DNA from: Paraspadella gotoi
Lineage: Eukaryota; Animalia; Chaetognatha
NCBI GenBank assembly: GCA_051294375.1
Contig: CM119269.1
Span: 23,107,497-23,171,496 of the forward strand
Reading direction: 5' to 3'
Length of the DNA: 64,000 nt
Below the pieces are notes generated by a model. The model was not told where the DNA came from and searched no databases. It saw only the letters and a list, made by a program, of their open reading frames with translations. Both the position numbers and the translations under genes were made by a program. This document shows, piece by piece, positions 21,879 through 34,247 of this stretch; the first letter of the stretch is position 1, and every line of letters starts with the position of its first letter.

Positions 21879-24800
21879 ATGCAAATGAGATTTATGCTTC
21901 CCCCTTCAGCGACGAAGCTGACGAAGAGATTGTCGGTGCTGCTTCTTTCCGAGTCCAACAACTCGATGACTCAAAGGCTTCAGGTCGAAGTCTCTCGTCT
22001 CGGACACAGAGTCTCTTTGAAGACAGGATTGAGGTCGAGCGAGATGCAAGCGGCCGTGGAGGAGACAAAACCAGAGGTTCGTAATATTTTTAACTAAATT
22101 ATTATTGAACCAAAATGAAAGTATAGCTAAAATAGTAAAATAAGTTTTCTATAAAGACCGTATCAAAATATATGAGAAATGATCTAAACTACTACAAAAT
22201 CATCGCAGGAGTATCAAACCACCAAAAGCAAAAGATGAAAGAAATCAATATTGTTTGAAATGAACCACAAAATTACTTTGGTACATTTTCTTGTTTTTTA
22301 AAGTTATTTTGTAGTTCTTCCTTGTTTATCTGTTTTGTTTTCATTTGTCTGTTGCATTGTTTCGTTGTTGTTGTTCTTATCTGTTTTGTTATTGTTTCGT
22401 TTCACTCTTTCAATACTATATTATTATTATTCTATTACACTAAACTAAGTATGTACATAACAGTTATAACATTATTCCAACATGATTTAAAATTTGATGC
22501 TAGTGCCGAGTTTTCCTCAATCTAATACTGAAGGGAGTGGTCCTTTATACAATTAAAACATTTCTTGAAATATTATACCACTTCATTGATAGGGAAGCCA
22601 GTTACTCTGGGTGTGAATAAACGAGACTGTGAGAGAGTCTTGATTGAAAGCTTGCAGGGACCTGCTATGTCATAATCTTGTAAGAGTGAAGGAGGCCTTA
22701 AACCACCTGTCCAAAGTCAGGGGCAAGATAGTTTTTATATTAAATGACTGCAGAATTTTAAATTGGTTGTACCAATTTCATTAATCTCTCTCTCTCTCTC
22801 TCTCCCTTCAGATCATTATCTGCCCGTTTCTCAAAACCTTCGTTCCCGAATCGGTTTACTCCGTGCCCGGTCGGCCTTGCCTCATTGTCCACCCCGGCAT
22901 CATCGGCGATCGCGGCCCTTCCTCTTTGGACTGGGCCGTGAGAGAAGGGCGAGCCACTTGGGGCGTGACAATTTTGGAGGCAGCGAAAGAAATGGACGCT
23001 GGGGATGTTTGGTCTTCCGCTGAGTTTAAAGTAAGTTTAAGGGTAAATATTAGGATAAGTAAAGGATAAGAATAAAGTCTATTTAATGGTAAGTATTAGG
23101 GTAAGTTAAGGGTTGAAGAGACAGTAATGATTGTTATGTATTAGTGACAGAACCGTTCAATATAAGCAGTCCCTGAGCTTCAGATGAGGCTTTAACACCG
23201 TGTTACAGGCGAGTTAAGCGCCCCGTCCCTCTTAACTGGCTAGGCGACCACCGGGCTAGAACCCGGACCTTTGGGTTGGGAGGCGAATGACTTGCCTCCG
23301 GCACCAATGGCCGCTGATGAACGGTTGGTGGATTTTAGTCTACCTAGGGTTGATATCTTTCTCTCTCTCTCTCTCTCTCTCTCTTTCCGTTTTAACTTGA
23401 AATCTCCCGCTTCATATCTTGTACAGTGAATATCATTTCCTTCAATTTCTACTCCAGTTTTAAATTTGTTTTTTCACATTTTATTTCCTTTTATTTACCT
23501 CTCCCTCACCCGAAGGTCCCCACCGCTGCCACCAAGTCGTCCCTCTACCGCCTTCAAGCCCAAGAGTCCGCTGTTCGATCCATCAAAGACGCTCTCGTCT
23601 CCTTTCAAAAGAATCTCTCACGTGACTCGACCCCTTTTGTTCCACGACAAGTGGACCCGAATGACCGGAGCGTGGAGGGTCGCGCCATGCCAACCATGAA
23701 GCGCGCCGATCGACGCATCGATTGGTCAGCGTCGTTGGAGGAGGTGGACCGGGCGTTGAGATCTTCGGAGAGTTGGCCGGGTTCTGTAGCCAGGTGGGTG
23801 TGGGGTTTTGAATTGGATATGGCTCAGGTTGCCCTCTCTGACCCAAAAACACTCTTTGACCCTTAAATTTTCCAAACTGACCTTTCTGATCCTTTCTGAT
23901 CTTTTAATCAATCCTTAGACCTTTTAATCACCCACTTTGACCCTTCTGTTTTTCGCGCCAACATTTTATGATCCTCTTCAACTCATCAACGACCCACAAT
24001 GATCATTTAACATTCAATTACCCACATTGACCAATGGTCAATGGTCAATGACCATCCAACATTCAATCGCCCACACTGACTTTTAAAACGACGCAGACTG
24101 ACCATTCAATATTTCAATCGCCCACACTGCCCTCTAAAACGAACCACACTGATTTTTCAACATTTCAATTACCCACACTGATCTTTCCCCATCCCCAGTT
24201 TCCCTAACCTAATCCCCGACCACGAGTTCGGTCTCTTTGGTCCCCGACTCGAGACTGACGCTTCCCTTATCTCCTTCGCGCGCCGCAACTTCGCCTCCTT
24301 CTACGGCGTCGCGCCGACCCCTGGCGCCGTCATCGGGCACCGCGAAGGCGCCATCTTGGTTGCGTTGCGAGAGACAGAGGCTGGGGTCTGGATATCTCAT
24401 TTGAAACCTAAAGCTGGAAAGAAGTGAGAGGAAGGGGGAGGAGAGAGAGAGAGGGAGAGAGAGAGGGAGGAGGGAGAGAGGAGGAGAGAGAGAGAGGGAG
24501 GGAGAGAGGGAGAGGAGGAAAGGAGAAAGAGAGAGGAAAGAGAAAGAAGACAACGAAAAAATAGAGAAAGAGATAATGACAAACAGGTAATCTGTAATCT
24601 GTATGTCTGGCCAATCCGTAGAATCAGTCCGTGTATCTGTCCCGCCGTCGGCATGACTGTCTGTTTGTGAGATTCAGTCGGTATGTCTGACTGTCCGCAT
24701 CGCCATTTTGTTATTCTGTCGGTTCAGCTAGTCTGTCAGTATGTCTTTCTGTCAGTCCGTATGCTTTAAATCTGGTTTCATCATCCTGCTCCACTACAGT

Positions 24801-26686
24801 TACTTCAAAAGCAAAGCTCGAGTGGAGCTGCCGATTCCAGAGGAGCTTTTGGTTCCGGCCTCGGAGGAGCAGTTGGAGCGAAGTTGCGATTTTAAATGGA
24901 GCTACGTTAGATTTGGGGAACGATCCAGAGGATTTCAGGTTTCAGTTTAATTGATGGGAAAGGAATATTTAAATTGATAAATAAATATTTTAATGAATGA
25001 ATATATAAAACTATGTATGACAAACTATAAACCTTTAAACAAATCTAAATAAATGAATAAAAATGTATCAATCAATCAATGAATAGATACTGAAAAGAAT
25101 ATACTAATAAATATGTAAATTAAGTAAATCTATGTTAATGTAACGGGATATATGAATAAATAATTAATTAATACCTATGTAAAATATTTTAAACTTTTTT
25201 GTTCATTTTGAAATTGAGTTTAATTTAGTTTAATATCGTAAAACATGTAATTTTTAAATTTTTTCTCTATAAATAAAAATTGACAAATAGTTGAATTATT
25301 AAACTAATGAATAAATAGATAAATAAATAAAAAATAATATCAAAATATATAAATAAATAAATAAATAAATAAATAAATATATAAATAAATATAGAGAGGA
25401 CGAAGGGAGCCGGAGACTGGCTCCGCTGACGACATAAATATATAAATAAATAAATAAATAAATAAAAACAATTATATAAATAAATAAACTCGCATTTTTC
25501 TTTTCTCCCAGCAAGTCTACATGAGAGAGGATCCAGACTTACCCATTACTTACCTCCATTTCGATTTTTCCGGTGGTGCCAGCTCAGCTGAGCAGAGCTG
25601 GAGATTGTGCGGTGCTGTGGCTCGGGCCTGTCGCGATCTGCGAACACGATGCCGTCAGGTCGTTGGAAGTGGGAGGCAATGACATTGCAGATAGTCGAGC
25701 ACGTTGTGACAATGTGGATTTTTCTCTATCGTTTATTTATAAAAAGAAATTACTCAATAAATAAACTATCTCGCCCCTGACTTCTTACTAGATAATAACA
25801 TACTACATTGCAAGCTTTGAATCAAGACTTTTTTTTCAACCCTAGAGCACTTGGCTACCCTAACCTATCTTATAGGTCAAAGTTCAAGGATGCAAAATAA
25901 CCTATTAATTTTGTCAATTTGTACTAATTCAGCATTTAAGCCTTTAATTAAAAGGATATAAATAAATTATTCAATTTTTTTTTTATTCAGGAATTGAAAT
26001 CTGGAAAAGCGATGAATCCTCCCCTTCTCGTTTTGATGGGAGGAGATCAATTCTTCAGGTGAATCTGATTCTGAATCTGAATCTGAATATAAATCAAAAT
26101 TTGAATCTGAATCTGAATCTAAAACAAGTTTGAGCAAACGATGCCGGATCTGCCCACGATCATTAGTGTTAATTATGTAGTCGGGCATTGCCTAGGTTCA
26201 CCCCGCCTAGAATCATGACACTTTCAGTTGTGACCCGGTGGCTCATTGAGTAAAGCCATCAGCTCATGACCACTAGGTACCGGGTTCAATCCCAACCCTG
26301 TACCTACCCTGCGGGAAGCGTGAGGACGGCCGTAAGCCGCCTTGGGGGAATGGCAAACCCTCAAGCCTGGTTCCAAGCCCAGGGACCCGTTCCATGGCTG
26401 CTAGAGGGGGTTATAGAAGTTACGGACAGTCATCTTCAGCCCACGTAGCGCCTTATCCACAAATTATTTAATTAATTAATTAATTAATTAATTAACTACT
26501 CTACTTAACTACTATACTCTCTCCCCCAACTTTATTCACTATCACAGTATAACTCACAGTATTACCGCATTTAATTCACAGCAACGGCATCGATTTAAAT
26601 TGGATCCATGGGGCACAAGCGCCTGACCTGGCTTCTTGGATTAGCATAAACGCGTTTAATGACGTCATCAAAACGTAAATCAATAA

Positions 26687-26720
<34 letters not shown>

Positions 26721-27252
26721 GGCTCTCTTTTCCGAGAGTGCCCCGTTTCTGTTCTTTTATCCCAAAATTTAATTTTGATCTTAATATTTAAACCTAAATA
26801 TATTTTTAAACCTATAAACCATTCCCTAACCCTAATAGCTAATCCTTAACCCCAACTTAATTCTCAACCCTAACCCTAACCCCAACTTAATTCTCAACCC
26901 TCACCCTAACTCTAACCCCTAACCATAAACGCTAACATAAATCCTTACACTTTTTTATTATTATTATTTATTATTTATTATTCCTTTATTATTTATTATT
27001 TATTTATTATTTATTATTCCTTTATTCATCTCCCAGGTTTCTCTTAGAACCGGAAGTCGTGGTGGCGGCGGCGTTAAGAAGAAACGCCGGCGCTGGCGGC
27101 GTCATGTTGGCCGCGGCCACTGATCACGTCATCTCTGGAGACTCGGTCATTCTCAATCCTTCTTACAAAGTGAGACTTTAAATCAAATTTAAATCTTAAA
27201 ATAAATATAAAAATTGGAATTAAGACGAAAACCAACTCAAATTGAAACCCCC

Positions 27253-27289
<37 letters not shown>

Positions 27290-27662
27290 AAGCCCATGCG
27301 TCTTTTCGGGTCGGAATACTGGACCCATTTTCTTCCTTCACGAGTTGGACCCGACACGGCGCGCCTTTGGACGGAATCGCCTGCGCCGGTCGGCGCTCAC
27401 GAAGCGAAAGACGCCGGTCTGGTGGACGCTTTAATCCCGGTTCCATTGGGCGCCGATGACGAGGACGACGCCTTCGTGGCGGAAGCGCGCCGGTACGCGG
27501 CGTCGCTCGAGATCGGCGCCGTGCGGGACCGAAAGTTGAGTCTCGTCGGCGTGGCTGAAGGAGAGGCGCTGGAGAGAGCGAGAGAGAGAGAGTTTGTAGA
27601 AATGAGAAGATGTTTCCTGGATGGAGGAATTTCACGAAGCGAGAAGAAAGTTTGTGATGCGT

Positions 27663-27665
<3 letters not shown>
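21879..27665 (+). CDS. hypX: HypX/HoxX-like protein (N10-formyl-THF formyltransferase domain + enoyl-CoA hydratase/isomerase domain), ~610 aa, 9 exons
   Basis: Exons 21879-22076, 22812-23030, 23516-23793, 24199-24423, 24800-24938, 25512-~25670, ~26582-26674, 27037-27169 and 27293-27665. Motifs: LLLSESNNSMTQRL, IICPFLK, LIVHPGIIGDRGPSSLDWA, WGVTILEAAKEMDAGDVW, KSSLYR, MKRADRRIDW, SESWPG, YLHFDFSGGA, SNGIDLN, SWISINAFND, NAGAGGVMLA, LNPSYK, LFGSEYWTHFLPSRVG, EMRRCF..FHEARRKFV. The exon 6/7 junction is unresolved. One extra base near 27622 must be removed to reach the HypX-like C-terminus EEFHEARRKFVMR*. Confidence 0.93.
22531..22777 (+). repeat. Interspersed repeat family C (unclassified)
   Basis: Near-identical to 32349-32605. 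Fragments lie at ~10450-10560(-), 14250-14360, 17020-17125(-), 25760-25830(-), 46150-46270 and 55290-55350. Confidence 0.75.
23115..23344 (-). mobile_element. SINE-like family A copy in hypX-like intron 2
   Basis: Reverse complement of 16170-16400. Confidence 0.8.
26176..26454 (+). mobile_element. tRNA-derived SINE-like family B (~280 bp) in hypX-like intron 6
   Basis: Internal A-box-like TGGCTCATTGAG and B-box GGTTCAATCCC, with a CTCATGA loop between them. Other copies: 16502-16775(-), 32695-32839(+, partial) and 56636-56874(-). Confidence 0.72.
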
Positions 27666-27739
<74 letters not shown>

Positions 27740-29174
27740 GAGAGAGAGAGAGAGAGAGAGAAGAGGAAGGGAGAAAGGGAAGATGGAAAAGGGAGAGAAG
27801 GGAGGGAGAGGAAGAGGAAAAAGGAGAAGCCAGAAATTAGGAAATTTAAAAGAAAACGGTTATTGAAAAGACAAGAAATTACAAGAGAATAAATTGTATG
27901 AAAATTGCAAAATTACTTGCTAATGACACAATGTCATTTTACTTATTTGTTGGATTAGGCCCTACTTCTTTTTAAAAAAAAAATTTTTCCTAATTTTTAT
28001 TTTTCTGAAAAGAAAACAGAGCAAACAAATAATTGCGGGAATGGTTGCAAAAATATCTTATGTCAACAATAAACGTGAACAAAAAATATCTTAAAATATC
28101 TTTTAAGATGTATTTTTTTTTATCGGTGTTTGTTTTTATTAAATGTTTCTACTGCTAATTATAATTCTTTTTTTCACTCATTCGCTAGCTGGACGAATCG
28201 GTATACGAGCAGATTTGGCCGTACTTTTGATTAGCTAATTTATCCGTACTTATCTCAAGTCAGTTGGAATTAGCTAATGAACGGCAAAATTGATTGCTAT
28301 TTTGTTTAAAAATACAACTTTTTCCTGGGCATATACCGCAGCGTCTATTAACGGAAAAAGCTTTCATCACGAAACAAAGAGCAAAGTTGTTTCATAGGCA
28401 GTAGGGTGGAGTGATGAAAAGATTTAGTGATTGAACATTATTTGTTTGCTGCCTATGGACTTGTAATTAATTAATTTTAAATCCTTTAAAAAATTATTTT
28501 AGCATAACAGTATATTAATCTCAATTATTTATATAGTAATATCCTTATAAAATCATTAAATTTCAAAATATTTTTATTTTTATTTTTAAGAAAAGATTTG
28601 AATTTGCTGTAAAAAAATAAAAAAACTTTTTATAAAATATGTTATATGCTAAAGATGACAAAATTTTTGATAACATGTTTTCTATTTTTGATTCAACTCT
28701 TTAAGAAGAATTTGAATCTTTAATAAAAGTTTTAAAAAAATTATTTTTAAACTTTAATATTTTATAAAAATATTACTATAAATATGTAACAATATGAACA
28801 AAATATTTTTTTTATTAATTAATCATACTATCTCACATTTAAATATCCTTATTTCATCATTCAAATAATTTTTTATTCTTGAATACTCTATTTAATAGGC
28901 AGTTCTTTTTCCAAGATTAATTTTGATATAACATAATATAATAATATAATATAATATTTGGATTACTGTATTATTAAATAATAGTAAGCTAATGCTAGTG
29001 TTTAATTTAATTAATTCCTACATAAAAAATAAATTTAAATTCTCATTTTTGTATATCATCCACATTTTATATTCCATTTTCTAATAGCAAGTTATTAGTT
29101 CTTTTTCTTTTTATCGGTGGGTCAATATTACGTTACGTCTCAGTAGTAAGGCGTAATGAAAGTTGCAGATCAAA

Positions 29175-29214
29175 AATCCTGGGGTCGTGGGTTCGAGCCC
29201 CACATTGGGCGCCA
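29175..29214 (+). pseudogene. 3' half of tRNA-Lys(CTT) ending in CCA; reads as an extended primer-binding site on the minus strand
   Basis: AATCCTGGGGTCGTGGGTTCGAGCCCCACATTGGGCGCCA matches the metazoan tRNA-Lys(CTT) 3' half as recalled (AATCYCAGGGTCGTGGGTTCGAGCCCCACGTTGGGCG) plus CCA. The 5' half is absent. Confidence 0.8.
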
Positions 29215-30906
29215 CTCTATCTGGGATAGTGGTAATCTGGGTCTAACTAACGAAGTCGTAAAGGAAGAAGGCGAAATGTAGGAAAACGTGTATACTGTAT
29301 ATACTACTAAAAAGGCAAAAAAAGGTGTACAAAAACTGGAGGGAAAAATCGGAAGGAGCGGAGAGGAGAAAGTAGAGGGGAGAGAGTAGAAACGAGAAGT
29401 GAAAACTGGGTGAGCCTCGAGCCCTGGGTGCTAGGAGGAGGAAGAGGAAGGTGAATGCGTGGCTGACGAGACACGAGACTCGCGCTCGGGCTGGTTTGGT
29501 CGTTGTTTATGATTAGTACTCATTATAAAAAATAAAAAAAAATTTAAATAATGTTATTTTGTTTTGAAAGGAGATTCAAATTCTTATAAAAGTTGATAAA
29601 AAGAAAATATAATCTTAATCAAAAATTTTTTATTAAGTTAGCCAAAAATTCAAAAAACTACATTTATTATAAATAAATTTAATTATAGGTTAATAATAAT
29701 AGTTTTTTTAGGATTTTGACCAAATAGATTAATTATATTTCTTTCGAATTCGAATCTGCTTTTAAAAATAAAAATTTTTACATTTTTTATGGTGAGTACT
29801 ATACATAAATATGGGCAAAAGCTAAAATTAAAATTTTTTTTTTATTTAAAAATGTTACATGTACAAGCCTTTTCGTGATCGACTATTCAAATTTTGATTC
29901 TACTTGATTTTAATATTTTTGCTACGCTTTACTCAGTCGGTCTGTATACTAAGTATAACTTTCAAAATCTAAAAACCTGACAAGAAAAAAATTTGTTGAA
30001 CGATAATTAAAATGAATTAATTAAAAAATAAAAAAAATATAATTAAGGACGTCATTCATACAATAGTTTTTCAATAACAGCAATGATTATCAAGATTTAT
30101 TAATTGGGGAAAGCGGTTGATTCTTTGAATTATTAATTTATTATAAAATATGAAATAAACCTGAAATTCAAGTTAAATGAATGACAGATAGTATGCTAAT
30201 GGGGAAACATGTACGATGGCGGGATGTAAGGTATTTCCCGACAGCTGGCGCTCAAGGATTTTTGACCCACTTTATGAAGGATTTTTTTAAAAAAAATTAT
30301 ATTTCTTTTTATCAACTTTTTATGACGAATCCAAATCTGCCAAAAAAATCTTAGAAAAACTGTTTTAAAATTAACATTTATTATGGCCTACTGCGTAAAT
30401 TGTAAAATTTATTAGAAGTTTTTTTTTATACCTAAATGTTCATTAGTATAATGTTGTTCGTTCCTCACTTTTAGAATTTCAATTAAAGTTAAATTTAAAA
30501 ATTTTATTACGCCTTAATAACCACCGTATCACTAGCGAGTTTACGCCAACACAATTAAATACAACCAGCACGACCGTTAGGGAATTGAACTCGTAATTTA
30601 CGGTTCGTGAACGAATACTTAACCAATGGAACAAACTGAGTTTTATGAAGCTATACAGAAGGCGAATTTAGGATTCGTCACAATACAAGATTTTCTCAGA
30701 TCTGTAACGCACACTCAGTGTAGAAAAAGGTCAGACTCAATATTGACGTGACTCAGTCACGTCAATATTTGGCCTTATTTTCGAAGAAAGCATAATGAAT
30801 ATTAGATCTTAAGTTTAGGAAGTTTAAAAAAAAAACAGCAATGGGGTGCTTTCGGAAAAGTGAGCCCAAAATTTTAAATAAGAATTAATATTGATATTAT
30901 TCTGCC

Positions 30907-33327
30907 TTAGCACAGAAGCCAGTCCCTATGTTCTCTCGGTCGGCATTTATCTGGACAAGGTCCGTTCGTCTTCAGGGCCACTGAACCAGTTCTGCCCCCG
31001 ACGTAATTCACCACGTGAGGGTCAGTAAAGTTTGGTCCGGATATCCGTCGCGTTGGCCAGGGTCTGTTCAGTTCGCTCTTGAAGGCCTCGCACAAGTAGC
31101 TGTCGTGGGCGACCATGTCGTTTTTGAAAATTGGCCAAGCGAATCTGGAGAGAGCGTGCTGTGAAAGAGAGAGAGAGAGATTGAATGCGTATTTTGTATT
31201 TTGAAATTTGTAATAGTATTTTGTATTATGTAATATGTATTCATTATTTGAAATTCATAATCTTGCCAGCGATAATGATTTTTTGTTATTTTAAATTTTG
31301 CAGAAAAAAAAGTTGATTTTGATGTCATCCTCTCTTGGCAATTATTTTCTTTTAATTAAAGTTTATATTAAAAGATTAAGAAAGTTAGGGATTAAGTTAA
31401 GGATTAAATTAGTGGTAAAGATTAGGAAGTTGGGGTATGATTAGGTTGGGGACCAAGGAGTTGAGGGTTCAGGATTATGGTTTAAAATTGAGATATCTTA
31501 AGATATATTTAGGTTAAATATTAAAATTAAAATTGAAACAAAAATGGGTCACATTTGGAGAATAGAGCCTCCCTAACCTGATCCAAAGGCCTCCATTGAT
31601 TGCTGCCCGCGAATTTCAAAATGGCGTCGAACAAATTTCTCAGCCTTTCCCTTTTGTCCGATTTGATCTTCATTCCGTGCAATCCCGCCAGGATGTGAGC
31701 TTTCTGCATCTTGTGATCCCTCATGACGTGAAACGAGTATCCAGTCGCGTTCCAATCTTTCACCGCCGCCACTTCACGGGGCGTGATGCTGGAGTCAAGG
31801 TCACGACTGTGATATTCCACGCACAGTGGATCGGCCATCGTGGCAAATCGCCAGAGTCGTCCGTGATTGAGAGAGAGAGCGGGATACTGTGCTGTGAGGA
31901 TTGAACGGGGGAGGGGGAGAGAGAGAGAGAGAGAGTGAGGAAAAATAGGAGGAAGAGAAAGAGAGATTTGTCAATTTTGACAATCTCTCTCTCCTTCTCT
32001 CTCTTTGTCTTTTTCACTCTCTTTTTTGTTCCTTTCTGCCTACTTATTTTGCTACTTCCCCCCGCTCTCTCTCTCTCTCTCTCACTCTGCTCTCTCTCTC
32101 TCTCTCACCAATGTCTCCGACATCGCAAATGTCAAAAATAGTTTCGTTGCAAAAAACTTTGCAAAGCTCAGAATTTTCCTCTTTTGTTAAATTTTTCCAA
32201 TTTACGTAGAGACGCATTAAATATCCGGGATAGAAATGACGGATTTGACCCAAATTCTTTGTGATGCCTGTTAAAATAAAATAAAATCCAGCTCCTTTTA
32301 TTTTGATGCTGGGCGGAGTTCAATATAGCATTCCCCGATCTAATACATAAGGGAGTGGTCTTTTCATAAAATTGAAACATTCTTTGAAATATTATACCAC
32401 CTCACTGATAGGGAAGCCAGTTACTTTGGGAGTGAATAAACGAGACTGTGAGAGAGTCTTGATTGAAAGCTTGCAGGGACCTGCTATGTCATTATCTTGT
32501 AAGAGTGATGGAGGCCTTAAACTACCAAAGCCTGTCCAAAGTCAGGGGCAAGATAGCTTATTTATTAAATGAATGGATAATTCTTATATTAATTGTACCA
32601 ATTTCAAACAAATATATGATATAAATAAATAAATAATATGACGTCCCGGCAAGTTTACCGGTCTTTAAGCCAGTCGCCTTAAGTCGCGATCTGATCCCTG
32701 AGTACTGCCATCAGCTAATGGTACCTACCTCGCGATATGCGTGAGGACGGCCCTAAACCGCCACTGGTGCCTGGAAAACCCTCAAGCCTGGTTCCAAGCC
32801 CAGTTCAAGAAGTTGCGGATAGTCATCTTCAGCCCACTTAGTATTAATATAATAAATATATTATGTTTAATTTTATTCTTTCATCCGTCTTACAAGATAA
32901 TAACAAGCTTTGAATCAAGATTCTCTCAGAGTCTAGTTTGGCTTTCTTATAAATGGACCACTCTCACATGTTAACCAGAATTACTATCTAATATAAATGT
33001 TACTCAATGAAATATAAACCCAAACCCTTTTATATACAAACCAGTATAAAATCTCGAGTAAAACAAAGTCGAGGATGAACCAAAAAACGAATAAGCGAAT
33101 ATTTTTTGTCCCGATCCTCGATCCGTGGCTACTTGACTGCACAGCGATCTATTCCCGATCTGAGTTTCCTCAATCTTTTTCACCACTTTACACCCACACT
33201 GTGGGTCGAGTTCGTTGCGTTGCGTTCGTACGATAGAAAATTGAAATGAAAAATCGCAGTATTTTATGTATAAATGTATGCAGATCGTCAGTAGGAGACA
33301 AGTGACTACGAAGATATTCTGTTTCAT
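30907..33327 (-). CDS. Type II membrane, putative glycosyltransferase-like protein, paralogue A
   Basis: Exons 33327-33042, 32267-32109, 31891-31578 and 31158-30907 are in phase. N-terminal TM, then YSFFG, FYPGYLMRLY, GRLWRF, HSRDLDS, REVAAVKDW, FHVMRDHKMQ..ILAG, DQ, WP, HDSYLC, RPWPTRR and CPDKCRPREHRDWLLC*. Confidence 0.88.
32349..32605 (+). repeat. Interspersed repeat family C copy
   Basis: Near-identical to 22531-22777. Lies in the paralogue-A-specific intron. Confidence 0.8.
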
Positions 33328-34019
33328 TTTTAAAATTGCGTCTTTTTTTAAATGATCTGGATATTTGAGGAAAACTGGTTCCCTTTACTATTGAGCGGAG
33401 ATGTCGCTTTTTTTGTAGAGGCGGGATTAATTAGGGTGATATTTTGTAGTTCGTTTGAGTACTCGTTGATTTTAAATACATTTGGAATTTAGTTTGTTAC
33501 AGTTAAATTGAAATAAAAGGGTAACTGAGAGATTGATTTTTATGTTTTGACTAAAATACGCGACGAGATATGAAACGAGAACGCTAATTCCTACGTGTTG
33601 CGCCGCAAAATTTATTTTCACGTGCATTTCCTTTTGATGACATGATATGACATGACATTACATGACTAAAAAACTTTTTTGCCCTTGTATTTATGACATG
33701 CACTGCATCAAAATTCTGTCTTTTATTCTTTATAGTTTTAGGAATTCCTAAAGGAGGCGCTAGCAGTCTCTTAGAATTTAGTTTTTTTTCGGTTTAAACA
33801 AATGAGAAACCAACGATAGGCAAATTACATGCATTTTCAACGTAAATGGGATAGACCGAAGGACAGACATACGGACCGACCGACTGACCGACCAAAAAGT
33901 GACTTATACTAAAAAAAATCTTAAAGTATAGTGATCTAGCCAGACTTTACTATCAAAGAAAATTAATGAAAAAATCCAGAAAAAAACGAATGATTGATGC
34001 GATTACGAATTATTGATGT

Positions 34020-34247
34020 GGTGGACTACAATCAACCACTTGTTCGTCAGCGTCCATTGGTGCGGGAGGCTAGTCATTCACCTCCAAACCCAAAGGTCCG
34101 AGTTTCTAGCCCTGTGGTCGCCTAGCAGTTAAGAGGGACGGGGCGCTTAACCCGCCTGTAACATGGTTACAGCCTGATCCGAAGCTCAGGAACCGCTTAT
34201 ATTGAACGGTTCTGTCACTAACGCATAACTATAATTACTGTCTCTTC
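34020..34247 (+). mobile_element. SINE-like family A copy (more diverged)
   Basis: Co-linear with 16170-16400. Confidence 0.78.

Noticed and set aside
21879-27665. Bacterial contamination as the source of the hypX-like sequence
   Set aside because: The gene has eight spliceosomal introns containing the same repeat families found throughout the window.
30566-30632. tRNA-like sequence on the minus strand (TGGTTAAG...GAGTTCAATTCC)
   Set aside because: Too degenerate to fold into a cloverleaf; at best a decayed SINE head.
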